Source: Somniosus microcephalus
Taxonomy: Eukaryota
Reading direction: 5' to 3'
DNA: 64,000 nt
Assembly (NCBI GenBank): GCA_052327205.1
Contig: CM126226.1
Span: forward strand, 25,792,001 to 25,856,000
Below, piece by piece: positions 12,655 to 24,527 of this stretch. The position numbers and the translations under genes are program-made. The first letter of the stretch is position 1. Every line of letters starts with the position of its first letter. The notes below the pieces were generated by a model. The model worked only from the letters and a program-made list of their open reading frames with translations, ran no database searches and was not told the origin of the DNA.

Positions 12655-13194
12655 GTAAGTTATTAACCGACATGGCAGTATGTTCCTTAACAGTTATCCC
12701 TGGAATTCCAGCAATAACTCAACAGTACATCAGTGAGACAAATCCTACAAAGAAAGGATCATCAGGCCCGCCAAGTCCATCCCATCCATTTATGGCGTAA
12801 CCTCGCATGCTGTCCACAAAGTGAAATAGAGACTAATATTAGGTTCTAGATATTTTTATACAGAGTTTAAAAACAACCAGCTTTTTTATTTTAAACTGTT
12901 GATTTAAACATTATCCTTTATTCAACCTGTTATTAGAAACTGTATAAAGTAAGTACATTATGCAATGCACTAATGTCATAACCTTGGCTATTCATTTTTG
13001 ATTAGTGATGGATTCAGCCATTTAAATTGAAAAGTGGATACTGACTTGGCTACAGTTTTGCAGCAGCAAGGCATTATAACTGGAGTCAGTGCCCTGGGCT
13101 AAGGAAGGGAAGATCAAACAGAGTTCTGAATCCTGATCATTAACTGGCTTGATCCTCGCTAGAAAGTGCTGTGGACATTGGGTGAAGACAGGGT

Positions 13195-13815
13195 TAGTCT
13201 CTGTTGTGATGGCTCCTGTGGTTCAATAACCTGTCTACGTAGGCTGCTAGTAGACCTGAAGCTCTCAGCAGAGCAGCAATAAACAAAGCCAACAAAATAT
13301 TGAACTATGTAACCAGAACAGTCCATACTTCTCTGGTCAGACCATACCTTGAGTAATGTGTCCAATTCTGATCACCAAGACAAAAACATCACATTCAAGC
13401 CCTAGGCATATTACAGAATAGAGCCACAAGGTTGATCCCTCATGTCAAAGGCCTGAAATATGAGGAAAAACTGGAGAGCCTTTCTGCCTGGAAAGGTGGT
13501 GTCTGAGAGATAATCATGCAGGTAGATAAGATAGTTATGAGAGTGGAGGAGATAAATGCAGAATATCACTTTAATTTCAATTGTGAGAGTAGGACATGGG
13601 TAAATAAATTCAAGTTAGTAAAAGGCAAATTTAGGACTGGTGTCTGGAAATTTCTCTTCGCACGGCATGATCAGTGTATGGAACAGACTTCCAGATAGAG
13701 TAGTGGAAGAAAACTCTGGAATTATTTATGAAACAATTAGATACTGCAATGGGGGTACTTGGGGATCTCTTAGATGCATAAATTAAGATGGACGAATGGC
13801 CTTCCTCATCCGTGA
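13195..13815 (+). mobile_element. Old CR1 3' fragment
   Basis: Degenerate tggtcagaccatacctt / aaatttaggactg / gaatggccttcctc motifs of the CR1 ORF2 end and 3'UTR. Confidence 0.6.
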
Positions 13816-14017
13816 TCAGTAGCGAGAAGAGTAGAAAAATGTGATGCCTGTCTCTTTAGCCTCTTCCCTTGGTTAGGGTGTCCTTAGGACCATCACAGTG
13901 ACGGACTCTGACTTGAGATTAGTAGTGGTACTGTTATTTTCCCAGGCAACAGTTTACAATGGTTGTTCACTTTTTATATGTTCTCAAATTTATGCAAAGT
14001 AATTCTGATAATTTCAG

Positions 14018-14228
14018 AACCCGTGGTGCTGCCAGCAGTGTTACCAGGCGACTCATTAGCAATCCCCTTGCACCTAACATCTTGGCGTCTACAAGCGAGA
14101 CCAAAGGGGCTTGGGCTGTTCTTCTGTAAAACACCCATCCATTGGACCAGTGTGGCAAAAGTAGGGGAGGTGAACAGCAGCAAACGAGAGTGTCATTCGT
14201 CAGACTGTGACGACAATTGCTCTTACAG
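14018..14228 (+). CDS. VPS13D: VPS13D exon 6 of 25
   Basis: tttcag|AA CCC..TAC AG|gtaagc; PVVLPAVLPGDSLAIPLHLTSWRLQARPKGLGLFFCKTPIHW..SSKRECHS; 211 nt. Confidence 0.95.
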
Positions 14229-15139
14229 GTAAGCAATCTGTTCTGATGTCAACTGCATTTATTTCTGGAAATCCCCAAAATGTTTTGGGTGTAAGTTTAT
14301 GATATGCAACCTTCTAAAACTTTTTCTGTGCAATCTTCAGAACATGAAGCAACACTTAGTCACTGAATACAAAAATTCTAGTTCTGAAGAAGGGCCTGGC
14401 TCGAAATAATTTGACCTTCTGTTTTCTCCACAGATGCTAACTGACCTCCTGTTTACAGTAGTGCAGGTTTTTAAAATTAAAATTCCAGTGCTGAATAACA
14501 AAAAGTCACGCAGTTGACAGAGGGGGTGCATTATTTTAATCTCTCTGCCAAGAGCTCTTATTTCAAATAGAGACTATTCTTGTATACTTATTAGTGGAAG
14601 TGTGTTGCAATAATGAAGGAATCCCAACCAGAGGGACACTGGGTGATGCAGCGCATGCAAGCACTGCTCGGTCACTTCCAAGGCCTGAGTTTAAAATCAG
14701 CCCAGAGTGATGAGTTTAAAAAAAAAAATCAGACTCCCTGCCAGTTCTAAGTGAAATAGCTTTTGCTATTCTCAATCCAGTTCAAAAAAATCCTCAACAT
14801 TAGTCATAGGCTTGCACTAAATTTTCACCGAAATGGTGTGGGAAATGCCATATGCTACAGAAGGGGGACACTATGAAATTGGAGTCAAACCACATTGTAA
14901 GGGCATAGTAATGGGGACTTTACTCTGCATCTAATCCATGCTATACCTGACCTGGGTTGCTTGATGGGGCAGTGTAGAGAGAGCGTTGCTCTGCAGCTAA
15001 CCCTTGATTAGAGTTTTTCCCTGGGAAGTTTTCAATTATTTTAAAACATTACATTTTCTGCACACAAATTGGAGCAAATTCATTGTTGCCAAGCTCGGCA
15101 AAGGCACTTCTTACTGCTTATATCGTTTTTAAATTTGAT

Positions 15140-16352
15140 TTTATTTAAAATAACAATTGGCACCTGTGTACGCACGGGGTACTCGCCTGTAAGCCCAATG
15201 GAAGTGCCGGTTTCTTGCATGCACTGCGCATGCGCGGGAAACCGGCACTTCCATTCCCCTGAAAGCAGGGGTTAAGAGGTCGAACGCGTGCACGGGAGAG
15301 GCTGCGCGTGCGCATCGAACTTACATTTTTTTTTACAGGTTTTCCCGGGAGGGTAAGTCTCCAGAATTTACACATTTAAAAAGCAGGCGTAAGGCCTGCT
15401 TTTTACAAGGTAAGTGGTGAATTAATAAAATTAAAACATTTTTTCCACAGGTTTATTATTTTTAAATACAAGTAGACTATCCTTTATCCGAAAACCTTGG
15501 GACCAGCTGAGTTTCGGTTTTTGGAATTTTTCGGATTTCAGAAGGTATTGGGAAATTTGTCGGGGTCGGCGGGGGGTTGGGGTCGGGGGTGGGGGTCGGC
15601 GGGGGGGTCGGGTGGGGGTCGGCGGGGGGTTGGGGTCGGCAGGCGGTCGGGGTGGGGGAGAAAAGAATATCGGACGGGCTGCTGCAGCTATCGGACAGGC
15701 CGCTGTATTGTCGGGTTCACTCTCCCGGTACCTCCTTCACACTGCCCGGCTCGGCCTGCAATCTCCTACCCAGGAGGGAACTCTGTGACCCTCTGCCCTG
15801 CTCAGCGCAAGTCGTGCGCCACTCTGGTCATGTCGTGCGCACGACTTACGCTGAATGAAAAAACTTTCGGTTTTTAGAGGTTTTCGGAAGTTCGGATAAA
15901 GGATAGTCTACCTGTAATTTAAAGCAAGGTAAGTTTATTTTTAGCCCCGTTAGAAAATAAAATTATTTTTTTCAAAAATTTTAAATTGTTTAAAATAGTT
16001 ATTTCATGTAATTTATAGTTTATTTTAAAAATGTGATTTTTTTTTTTTTTTTTTTAATTTGATTTAGTGATGTTTTGGGGCCCGTAGTATTTCTAAGTTT
16101 TGACAGCTCTTCCTGTCAAACTTATGAATGGAGCATTCCCTGCTCCGATTGGCTCCCCATGGCCCACGTGATCCCAGGGGACGCATCGAACTAACTGCGC
16201 CCCTAAGATAAGCGAGCACTGCGCGCCGGCAGCTGGAGCAGGCCCCGGATCGGAATTCCACGCGGGCCCACAGCACAACGGCCGGCGCGCTAGGTAAGTG
16301 CAGGTCGGAGGCTTGCAACCACGGGAAGCTCCCGACCCGAATTTCTGGGCCA
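15140..16352. mobile_element. Palindrome-rich GC MITE (Harbinger-like), interrupted by a Tigger-type MITE; left end uncertain
   Basis: Right end gaatttctgggcc resembles the TIR at 6405-6420; internal hairpins at 15197-15255 and aaaagcaggc..gcctgctttt. Confidence 0.55.
15469..15914. mobile_element. Tc1/mariner-pogo (Tigger-like) MITE
   Basis: 24-bp TIRs caagtagactatcctttatccgaa / ttcggataaaggatagtctacctg (23/24 match), TA on both sides. Confidence 0.9.
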
Positions 16353-17671
16353 ATAAACCTCATCAAATGAAAGAGATACATAGAATCACAAAATAAGTTT
16401 GGATGAAGACAGCCCTTCAACCCATTTGATCTCACTCTTTCAGAAAACCAGTCTTACAGATTTCACATTATAGGAACCAGCTGTTTCTTAAATGAGTCAT
16501 GTCCAGGCCTCACCACCTCTTCCTGGCAATGCATTCTAGATGTTATCACCTATGTAAAGAAATACTTCCTGATGTCTGCCCCAAATTTACCTTTCACAAC
16601 CCTGAATCAGTGCCGTCCTGTCCTGTTGCTCTGGTGTATCTGACATTATTGTTTCAGGTTTCCTTTATTATCCTGTTATTTCGTATACTGCTGTAAGATC
16701 CCTTGAAGCTTCTGTTTTCGAAACTGAAGAGCACCAGCTTGTCACATCATTCCTTAAAGCTTTACCGTGTAATGCCAGGGATTAGTTTTGTTGGTCTTGT
16801 CTACACTGCCCTTAGGGCCTGGATGGCTCCCTTGTGTCATGGCTACCAGTACTGTGTGCAGCACGCCTGGCCAGGGCACCGAACAGCTTCAGCACAACCT
16901 CCGATTTCAACTCGACGTCAGGGGACTTGAAATCAAATCTTGGGAGACTCGCAGCAATCCAGAGATGTTGCAACATCTCTCAATTTTCAGGAGAAAATCA
17001 GTAAAACATGAAACCTCTGTGCTTGATGCTATCATTGGGGGTACAAGTTTAGTTTTTCTTCATATCATTGAATCCTTTACTTTGATGAACACAAAAAATG
17101 TCACCAAATTAAGGCATAAACCTATTCATAGTTTGGCGTATAAGGGAAATTAACTGTCTATGTAACAAATATTCCTTTGAAACTAACTTTGGTAACAGGA
17201 TTCTATTGTTTGACAGATATTTCAAGAGTTTCAAGTGCAGCCAGCACCTCCACTTTAAAATTCTCATCCTCGTTTAAATCCCACCGTGACCTTATCCCTC
17301 ACTATGGCTGTAACCTCGTCCAACCAAACAACAACTCCTCCCTGCTCTACTGGCTCTGGCCATCTTATGCATTCTCCCCCTCCACCCTTTTCTCCACTTT
17401 TGGTAGCCGTGCCTTCAGCCAGCTAGGCCTCGCGCTTTGGAACTCCCTCTGCTCCTTAAAGGCCCTCATTAAAACCCAACCCCTTGGACCAGCCCTTCCT
17501 AACATCACCTCCTTTGTCATCTTTGTCTGATTTAAACCTCTGAAGGTCGTTGGGATTATTTTTTGTTGCCATTAAAGGCCTTTTATAAATGCAGGTTGTT
17601 GTTGTAGTAGTAAGAGTGTAGGAATGTAGCTGTAGTTTTGAGAGTAAAATTTTTTTTGTTATTTCTTGTAG

Positions 17672-17919
17672 ATATTGTGTGGCAGTTAAGAAGGAGAACT
17701 ACCCCGATTACCTGCCCTTAAATTTGATGTCCGGCAATGCTATGCAGGTTTACCGACAACCAGGTCACACTGTCTACTTGTTGCCCACCCTTGTCCTGAC
17801 AAACCTACTACCCTGTGAGCTTTCCTACTATGTCAAAGGCACCTCCATCAATGGGCCATTGAAACGAGGGAAAGATGCTGTGCTGCACACAGCTGACACG
17901 TCTCAGAACATCGAGCTTG
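17672..17919 (+). CDS. VPS13D: VPS13D exon 7 of 25
   Basis: ttgtag|A TAT TGT..GAG CTT G|gtaaga; YCVAVKKENYPDYLP..QPGHTVYLLPTLVLTNLLPCEL..HTADTSQNIEL; 248 nt. Confidence 0.95.
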
Positions 17920-18424
17920 GTAAGACCTCTAATTGTTATGTCCTTTTTGCCTCTCACTAACCTTAAATGCAGAGGGCATCTTGTCAAATTGTTAAAGGGC
18001 AAAATAGGCTGCGCCTTATATTCTGCAGAAGTACTTTTCGGAGTTTCTGTAACATAGTTGCATAAATGTCGTCTTGTGTGCATTGAAAGAATGGGGGGTA
18101 AAAAACAGGCTGCAAATACGCATCCGGTCTCATCATCTGGAAGAGAAACAAATAGTGTATGTTTATAGGTAGAGACCCTACATCTGAAGAAGTGTATTCC
18201 ACTCAAACGTTACCTTGCCTTTCTCTCGCAGATGCTGATGGATCTGCTGTGCATTTCCAATATTTGTAGGTTTTCTTTTTATATCTATATTGTGCTTGGC
18301 TTCTGAAATTAAGTTGGAGTACATCGAGGTAAGTTTGACCCAACAAATCTACAGTAAATGGAACGGGCCATCACAAGTATGTTATGTCTGTGTTTAAGTT
18401 ATGTTCCGGATAGGAAACGGGATC

Positions 18425-19950
18425 GGTAGCATAGTAGTTATGTTACTGGACTAGTAATCCAGAGGCCTGGACTAATGATCCAGAGACATTAGTTCAAATC
18501 CCACCACGGCAGCTGGGGAATTTAAATTCAGTTAATTAAATAAATCTGGAATTAAAAGCTAGTATCAGTAATGGATTGTCGTAAAAACCCATCTGGTTCA
18601 CTAATGTCCTTTAGGGAAGGAAATCTGCCCTTCTTACCTGGCCTGGCCTATATGTGACTCCAGACCCACAGCAATGTGGTTGACTCTTAACTGCCCTCTG
18701 AAATGGCCTAGCCTAGCAAGCCACTCAGTTGTAACAAACCGCTACGCAAAATAATAATAAGAATAAAACCGGACGGATTACTTGGACACAACAACGGCAC
18801 ACCTAGCCCAGTCCACCCTGCAAAGTCCTCCTCACCAACATAGTCATACATAGTTATACATAGTCAAAGAATCATACCTTTCAGCCAATGTCACCATCAC
18901 CATCCCTGGGTATGTCCTGTCCCACCAGAGGTGGCGGCACAGTGGTATACAGTTGGGAACGAGTGGCCCTGGAAGTCCTCAACATTGACTCCGGAACCCA
19001 TGAAGTCAAGCATGGGCAAACCTCCTGCTGATGAATCAGTACTCCTCCATGTTGAACACCACTTGGAAGAAGCAAGGACACAGAATGTACTCTGGGTGTA
19101 CAGAGGTGAGATGAGAGTGACTGTCTTGACATCAAGGCAGCATTTGACCAAGTATGGCATCAAGGAGCCCTAGTAAAACTGAAGTTAATGGGAATCGGTG
19201 GGGAGGGACTCTCCATTGGCTGAAGTCATACCTAGCACAAAGGAAGATAGTTGTGGTGATTGGAGGTCAATCATCACAGCCCCAAGACATCACTGCAGGA
19301 GTTCCTCAGGGCAGTGTCCTAGGCCCAACCATCCTCAACTGCTTCATCAATGACCTTCCCTCCAACATAAGGTCAGAAATGCGGATGTTCGTTGATGACT
19401 GCACAGTGTTCAGTGCCATTCGCAACTCCTCAGATAATGAAGCAGTCCATGCCCGCATGCAACAAGCCCTGGACGACATTCAGGCTTGGGCTGATAAGTG
19501 GCAGATAACATTTGTGCCACACAAATGCCAGGCAATTACCATCGCCAAATCCCCCACCATCAACACCCTGGGGATCACCATTGACCAGAAACTTAACTGG
19601 ACCAGCCACATAAATACTGTGGCAACAAGAGCAAGTCAGAGGCTGGGTATTCTGCGGCGAGTGTCTCACCTCCTGACTCCCCAAACCTTTCCACTATCTA
19701 CAAGGCACAAGTAAGGAGTGTGATGGAATACTCTCCACTTGCCTGGATGAGTGCAGCTCCAACAACACTCGAGAAGCTCGACACCATCCAGGACAAAGCA
19801 CCCCATCCACCACCTTAAACATTCACTCCCTCCACCACCGGCATACCGTGGCTACAATGTGTACCATCTACAAGATGCACTGCAGTAACTCGCCAAGGCT
19901 TCTTCAGCAGCACCCCCCAAAACCGCGACCTCTTCCACCTAGAAGGACAA
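18425..19950 (+). mobile_element. Internally deleted LINE (CR1/L2 supergroup) with tRNA-like 5' head
   Basis: A-box-like TAGCATAGTAG (18427) and B-box GTTCAAATC (18492), then endonuclease fragments and RT fragments (GVPQGSVLGP, MFVDD, LNWTSHIN). Confidence 0.85.
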
Positions 19951-20462
19951 AATAGGCTGCACCTTCTATTCTGCAGAAGTACTTTTCAGAGCCCCACACC
20001 AGACTTGAACGAATATTCTGGGTGTACGTTAAAGCTCACGTGACGCGATTCAAAGAAGCGTAGAGTTTTTTCCTGATGTCCTGGCCAACAATACTCCCTC
20101 AAACAGTACCACTGAAACAAATGAACGAATTGGTCCTTCACCTCGTTGCCATTTGTGGGATCTTGTGTGCATAATGGTTGCAGCATATGTCTACATAACA
20201 CTCGTGAGCTTTTTGAAGTAACTCATTGTATATAGAGTGCTTTGCGTCATGCTAAAACACTATATACAATAGAGGCAAGTCTTTTTCTAAATGTGATATC
20301 CCTGGATGTATAAACAAACTAAAATCAGACACAAATACCATAAGTAGTGTTGTTGTTTGAGCAATTTATTTCAGAATACTTCAGTTACTCTCCAGGGGTA
20401 ATTTAAGTGTAAAAAATTCTTCCTGTTTTCAAAACGCTTTTTAATCACAATTTTCTTGTCAG

Positions 20463-20654
20463 GAATTACACTAGAAAACTTTTCCGTGTGCAAGGAACTC
20501 CTAATACCCGCAGGAACCACTAACTATCATGTTCGTATGCGTCTCTATGACACCAAAAAGCGCCTGCTGAACCTGAGCATTCGGATTGTGTGCAGAGCAG
20601 AGGGCTCCCTCAAGATACTCATTTCTGCACCGTACTGGCTCCTCAACAAGACAG
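20463..20654 (+). CDS. VPS13D: VPS13D exon 8 of 25
   Basis: tgtcag|GA ATT..ACA G|gttaga; ITLENFSVCKELLIP..RAEGSLKILISAPYWLLNKT; 192 nt. Confidence 0.95.
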
Positions 20655-20784
20655 GTTAGAAAAAGAGTTCAAATTCCAAAGTAAAAATAGATGCATGATG
20701 TAATGCTGCATATTTTCAGAACTGCAAGTGGTGCACAGAAATCAATGGTCTGAAGAGTTCTGCTTTATTCCCATCTTTCTTCAG

Positions 20785-20911
20785 GGCTGCCATTAATTTT
20801 TCGACAGGACAATGCCAAGGCTGATGCAGCAGGACAGTTCGAGGAGCATGAGCTTGCACGAAGCCTCAGCCCCCTCCTGTTCAGCTTTGCAGACAAGGAG
20901 CAACCTAACAT
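20785..20911 (+). CDS. VPS13D: VPS13D exon 9 of 25
   Basis: cttcag|GG CTG..AAC AT|gtgagt; LPLIFRQDNAKADAAGQFEEHELARSLSPLLFSFADKEQPN; 127 nt. Confidence 0.95.
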
Positions 20912-21029
20912 GTGAGTAAAAGATGCAATAGTACACATCCCAGGTTCATCTGATGTCCACAAACTGACGATTGTGAATTTGGGTAGTTTGTAATTATGGA
21001 GAGGATCTATCCTGTCCTTAACCTTTGTA

Positions 21030-21447
21030 AAAGCTCCTTCGACAGCACCTCCCAAACCTGCAAACTCTTCCACCTAGGCGCATGGGAACACCACCACCTC
21101 CAGGTTCCCCTCCAAGTCACACACCATACTGACTTGGAAATATATCGCCGTTCCTTCATCATCGCTTATCCTTATGTGGCTAGGTGTCAAATTTTTTGTC
21201 TTAAAATATTCCTGTGCAGCACCTTGGGACGTTTTACGACGTTCAAGGCGCTATATAAATACAAGTTGTTGTTGTTGTTGCTGGGTAGAAATCCTGGAAC
21301 TCCCAACCTAACAGCACTGTGGGAGTACCTTCGCCACACAGACTGCAGCAGTTCAAGAAGGTGGCCACCTTTTCAAGGGCAATTGGGGATGGGCAATAAA
21401 TGCTGGCGTTGCCAGCGATGCCCACATCCCATGAACAAATTTTAAAA
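21030..21447 (+). mobile_element. LINE 3' fragment with an L2 3' fragment (about 21166-21280, (ttg)n tail) nested in it
   Basis: Homologous to 10740-11042, but interrupted at catc.tcgct|..|gggt by sequence that is the reverse complement of 31937-32040. Confidence 0.8.
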
Positions 21448-22833
21448 GTTTTAAGTTTTGAGATGCTGGGAATTACAAGAAAGATTTATCTGTGTGAAAT
21501 ATATCTGTGTGTCTGAGTGAATCTTGGATGTAGATCTACAAATGGGGCACTGTAGATGGGCAGATGCCCTTGTTCCAAAATGCCTGTATTCCTTCTCTTA
21601 TGAAACCAACCCTCTTTACCTTGTAACTCTAACTTTGCAATTGTACAGATTTACAATTCATTTTCATTTTCTTAAACTTACATACACACTTGCCTCGTGC
21701 CTTCTCTCCTAAAGGTGATGATTAATGTTGGGGTATAGTTCCGTGGGTGCCAGCAACAGTTCTTGATGTGTGAGCATCAGCAGGTATCGCAGCTGCTTCC
21801 ATTCTGCCCTCAACCAAGTACTTGCGCACTTTCCAGCAAGAGTTAGCAAATGGTGACCAGGACCAAGAATCTTGACCAATGGTCCTTCCCAATGGATACA
21901 ACAATTTTACCCCACCCACTCCTGCCAAGGTTGAGATAGGTTATATCAGTACAGACCGGGGATCAAAGCTTCTTGGTCTGTATAACTCCATATTACACTA
22001 CGAAATGGAATGCATGCAATTTATTCCTCCTTCTTCTTCCAGATTTCCATCTTTCCCCCACCTTTCGTACATCCTGAAGTAATTGACTCCTTTCTGTGAT
22101 GCAGATTCGATGCTACTAGTCACCCTCCATACATAGCCCAATGGCTATTCTACCACTGTGAGCTGATATAATGACTATTGACAACTGTTTGACTACAGGG
22201 GAAATTGGAATCCTTACTCAATTTCCAAACAAGTCACCTTCAGCAGGGGTCACTGGATAGCAATCAAGACCCATTTGATTTTCACCTCTCTAACCAAGGG
22301 GTGCTGAGGCGAATTGCTGTGCCTCTATTGCTACCCAGGTTGAGATTATCTGACTCAAACTTGGTGCTTCATAGTCTCGGTCGCTCAGCTATTAGAGAAG
22401 CCCAGCATGTACTCTTCAATCTAGCTTTAAGAATCATCAACTTAAAAAGTTGGTTATGCTATGTACTTAAGGACAAGAAAGGGCTATCGGGTGATTAACA
22501 CGCTCACTCCATTTTTTTGTTGGATTTAGCCCCATTACCCATCCTTCTTCTGCTCCACCTCCTGGGAGAGGCATAAAGCACAGATACCTGTAGCCAATTC
22601 AGGAAACCACAATGATCTACATTAAAAGCCATTTAACAATTTTGGGCCTACTTCAGTTTATCCAAATCCAGCTGTAATCGTATTTTCTTCTAATTTCCTG
22701 ACACTACCACATGACTTAGTATCATCCGTGAATTTATGGTTGTTAAGTCTTCCAGGAAACCACCTCCTTCCAGTCTTACTGACTTGTGTGTGATTGAGTG
22801 GATTCATCCTCACATTGTCTCTGATCCCTGCAG

Positions 22834-22976
22834 GTGTACCATGCGGATTGGGAAGGGGATCCATCCAGAGGCAGTACCTGGTTGGTGTCAGGAGTTCTCT
22901 CCAGATGGAGGCAGTGGTGTACGAGCAGTGAAAGTGATTCAGTACGGGAACAGGCCAGGACTCATTTATAATATTG
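22834..22976 (+). CDS. VPS13D: VPS13D exon 10 of 25
   Basis: ctgcag|G TGT..ATT G|gtgagt; CTMRIGKGIHPEAVPGWCQEFSPDGGSGVRAVKVIQYGNRPGLIYNI; 143 nt. Confidence 0.95.
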
Positions 22977-23170
22977 GTGAGTCTGAATAAAGTGCTTTAC
23001 TGACCTAAAGGGAAAATCTTTAGGGGTTGAGGGGCAAAGCAGATCATCATACTTATAAACATAATAAAAGCACAGTCAGTAACAGATTTGGTCCAGAGAC
23101 AACAATGGAGCTTGTGTAGCAATTACTATTTTTGGTTACTTGTGGTCTCCAAACATGCTTCCTATTTCAG

Positions 23171-23301
23171 GAATTGATATCAGGAAAGGTAGAGGGCGGT
23201 ACAGAGATACCAACATTGTGACCTTTGCACCCCGATACCTACTGGACAACAGATCCTCCCACAAGCTGGCCTTCGCCCAACGAGAGTTCGCCAGAGGCCT
23301 G
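23171..23301 (+). CDS. VPS13D: VPS13D exon 11 of 25
   Basis: tttcag|GA ATT..GGC CTG|gtagga; IDIRKGRGRYRDTNIVTFAPRYLLDNRSSHKLAFAQREFARGL; 131 nt. Confidence 0.95.
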
Positions 23302-23469
23302 GTAGGAATGTGCTTCTTTATCGTTATGACAGCATGTCCCCTTTAAATTGACGTTTGCATTTTAAAATAGTGTGTTACTGGAACTTGCTACAAGGGATGT
23401 TATCATATGAACATTGAACACACTTATTGAATACCTCTCATCCGCTTAAATAGCCCCACTCTAAGTTTC

Positions 23470-23970
23470 GAATATCTAGACCTACACTTCAGTAAGGTAC
23501 TGAGGGAATAATTCATTGTTGCAGGTGCTGTCTTTTGGATTAACCGAGGCCCTATCTGCCTGCTTTGGTAGATGTAAAAAAATACTATGCACTATGTGAA
23601 GAAGAGCAGGGAATTCCCCCCAGTGTCCTGGCCAATGTTTCTATCCCTCAGCCAACACCACCAGTTTAACCAGTCATTCATCTCAATTGCTGTTTGTGGG
23701 ACCTTGCTGTGTACAAATTGGCTTGTGTTTGCCTATATACCAACAATGACTACACTTCAAAAGTATTTCATTGGCTTTGAAGCATTCTGGGATATCCTCA
23801 GGACCAATGTTCCCTTTAAGCAGCGCGGCCGCACTGCACTCTGGAGCTCCCGTGCAGCCGGCTCACCGGCGTTTAAATGCAAAAATCGTGCATGCATGGT
23901 TTAAAAAATAAAAAAAAAATTAGCAGCAACATTGCTCAGGACATGATGAAATGCTGTGTTAATGCAAGTT
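23470..23970 (+). mobile_element. Deu-domain SINE interrupted by a hAT MITE
   Basis: gtgctgtctttt..aaccgaggccc..gaagaagagcaggg..gtgtcctggccaa..cacttcaaaagta..; the SINE tail resumes after 23942. Confidence 0.75.
23805..23934. mobile_element. 130-bp hAT-superfamily MITE
   Basis: Termini caatgtt / aacattg; perfect 8-bp TSD CTCAGGAC at 23797-23804 and 23935-23942. Confidence 0.88.
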
Positions 23971-24174
23971 CCTTTCACCCCTCCTTTCTTCCTTTCCCCA
24001 TTCTCACCCTCCTTTCCGAAACAACTCGAGAGCTTGAATGCCTCCCTTGTCTTGTTGACCAGAACTGGACACCAGACTCGAGGTGTGGCCTAGGCCCTGT
24101 TCAGTTTTCTGGGCCTGTTAGTAGAGCTCCCTGATTCACCCAACAGTATAATTAATTTGAACTTTCTTTTTCAG

Positions 24175-24350
24175 GGCACTCAAAACCCAGATGGTTACAT
24201 TTCAACTCTACCCAGTGCCAGCGTTGTATTTCATTGGCCAAGGAATGATTATGATCAATTACTATGTGTGCGCCTGATGGATGTTCCCAACTGCACTTGG
24301 TCAGGGGGATTCGAGGTGAACAAGAACAACTCCTTCCACATCAACATGAG
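24175..24350 (+). CDS. VPS13D: VPS13D exon 12 of 25
   Basis: tttcag|GGC..ATG AG|gtgaga; GTQNPDGYISTLPSASVVFHWPRNDYDQLLCVRL..WSGGFEVNKNNSFHINM; 176 nt. Confidence 0.95.
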
Positions 24351-24527
24351 GTGAGAAATGTGATAACCTAGGTTATGGACCAGGATATCTCGTAGATAAA
24401 CATAGATTCAATTGGCATTCAGAAACTGGTGATTCTGCTGTCAATGGCAGTGTGAGATGTCAGATTTGGCAGGATTACTCTGGCCTACCAACTCCTGTCT
24501 CACACTTTACAGCAGGAGTGTTCTATA

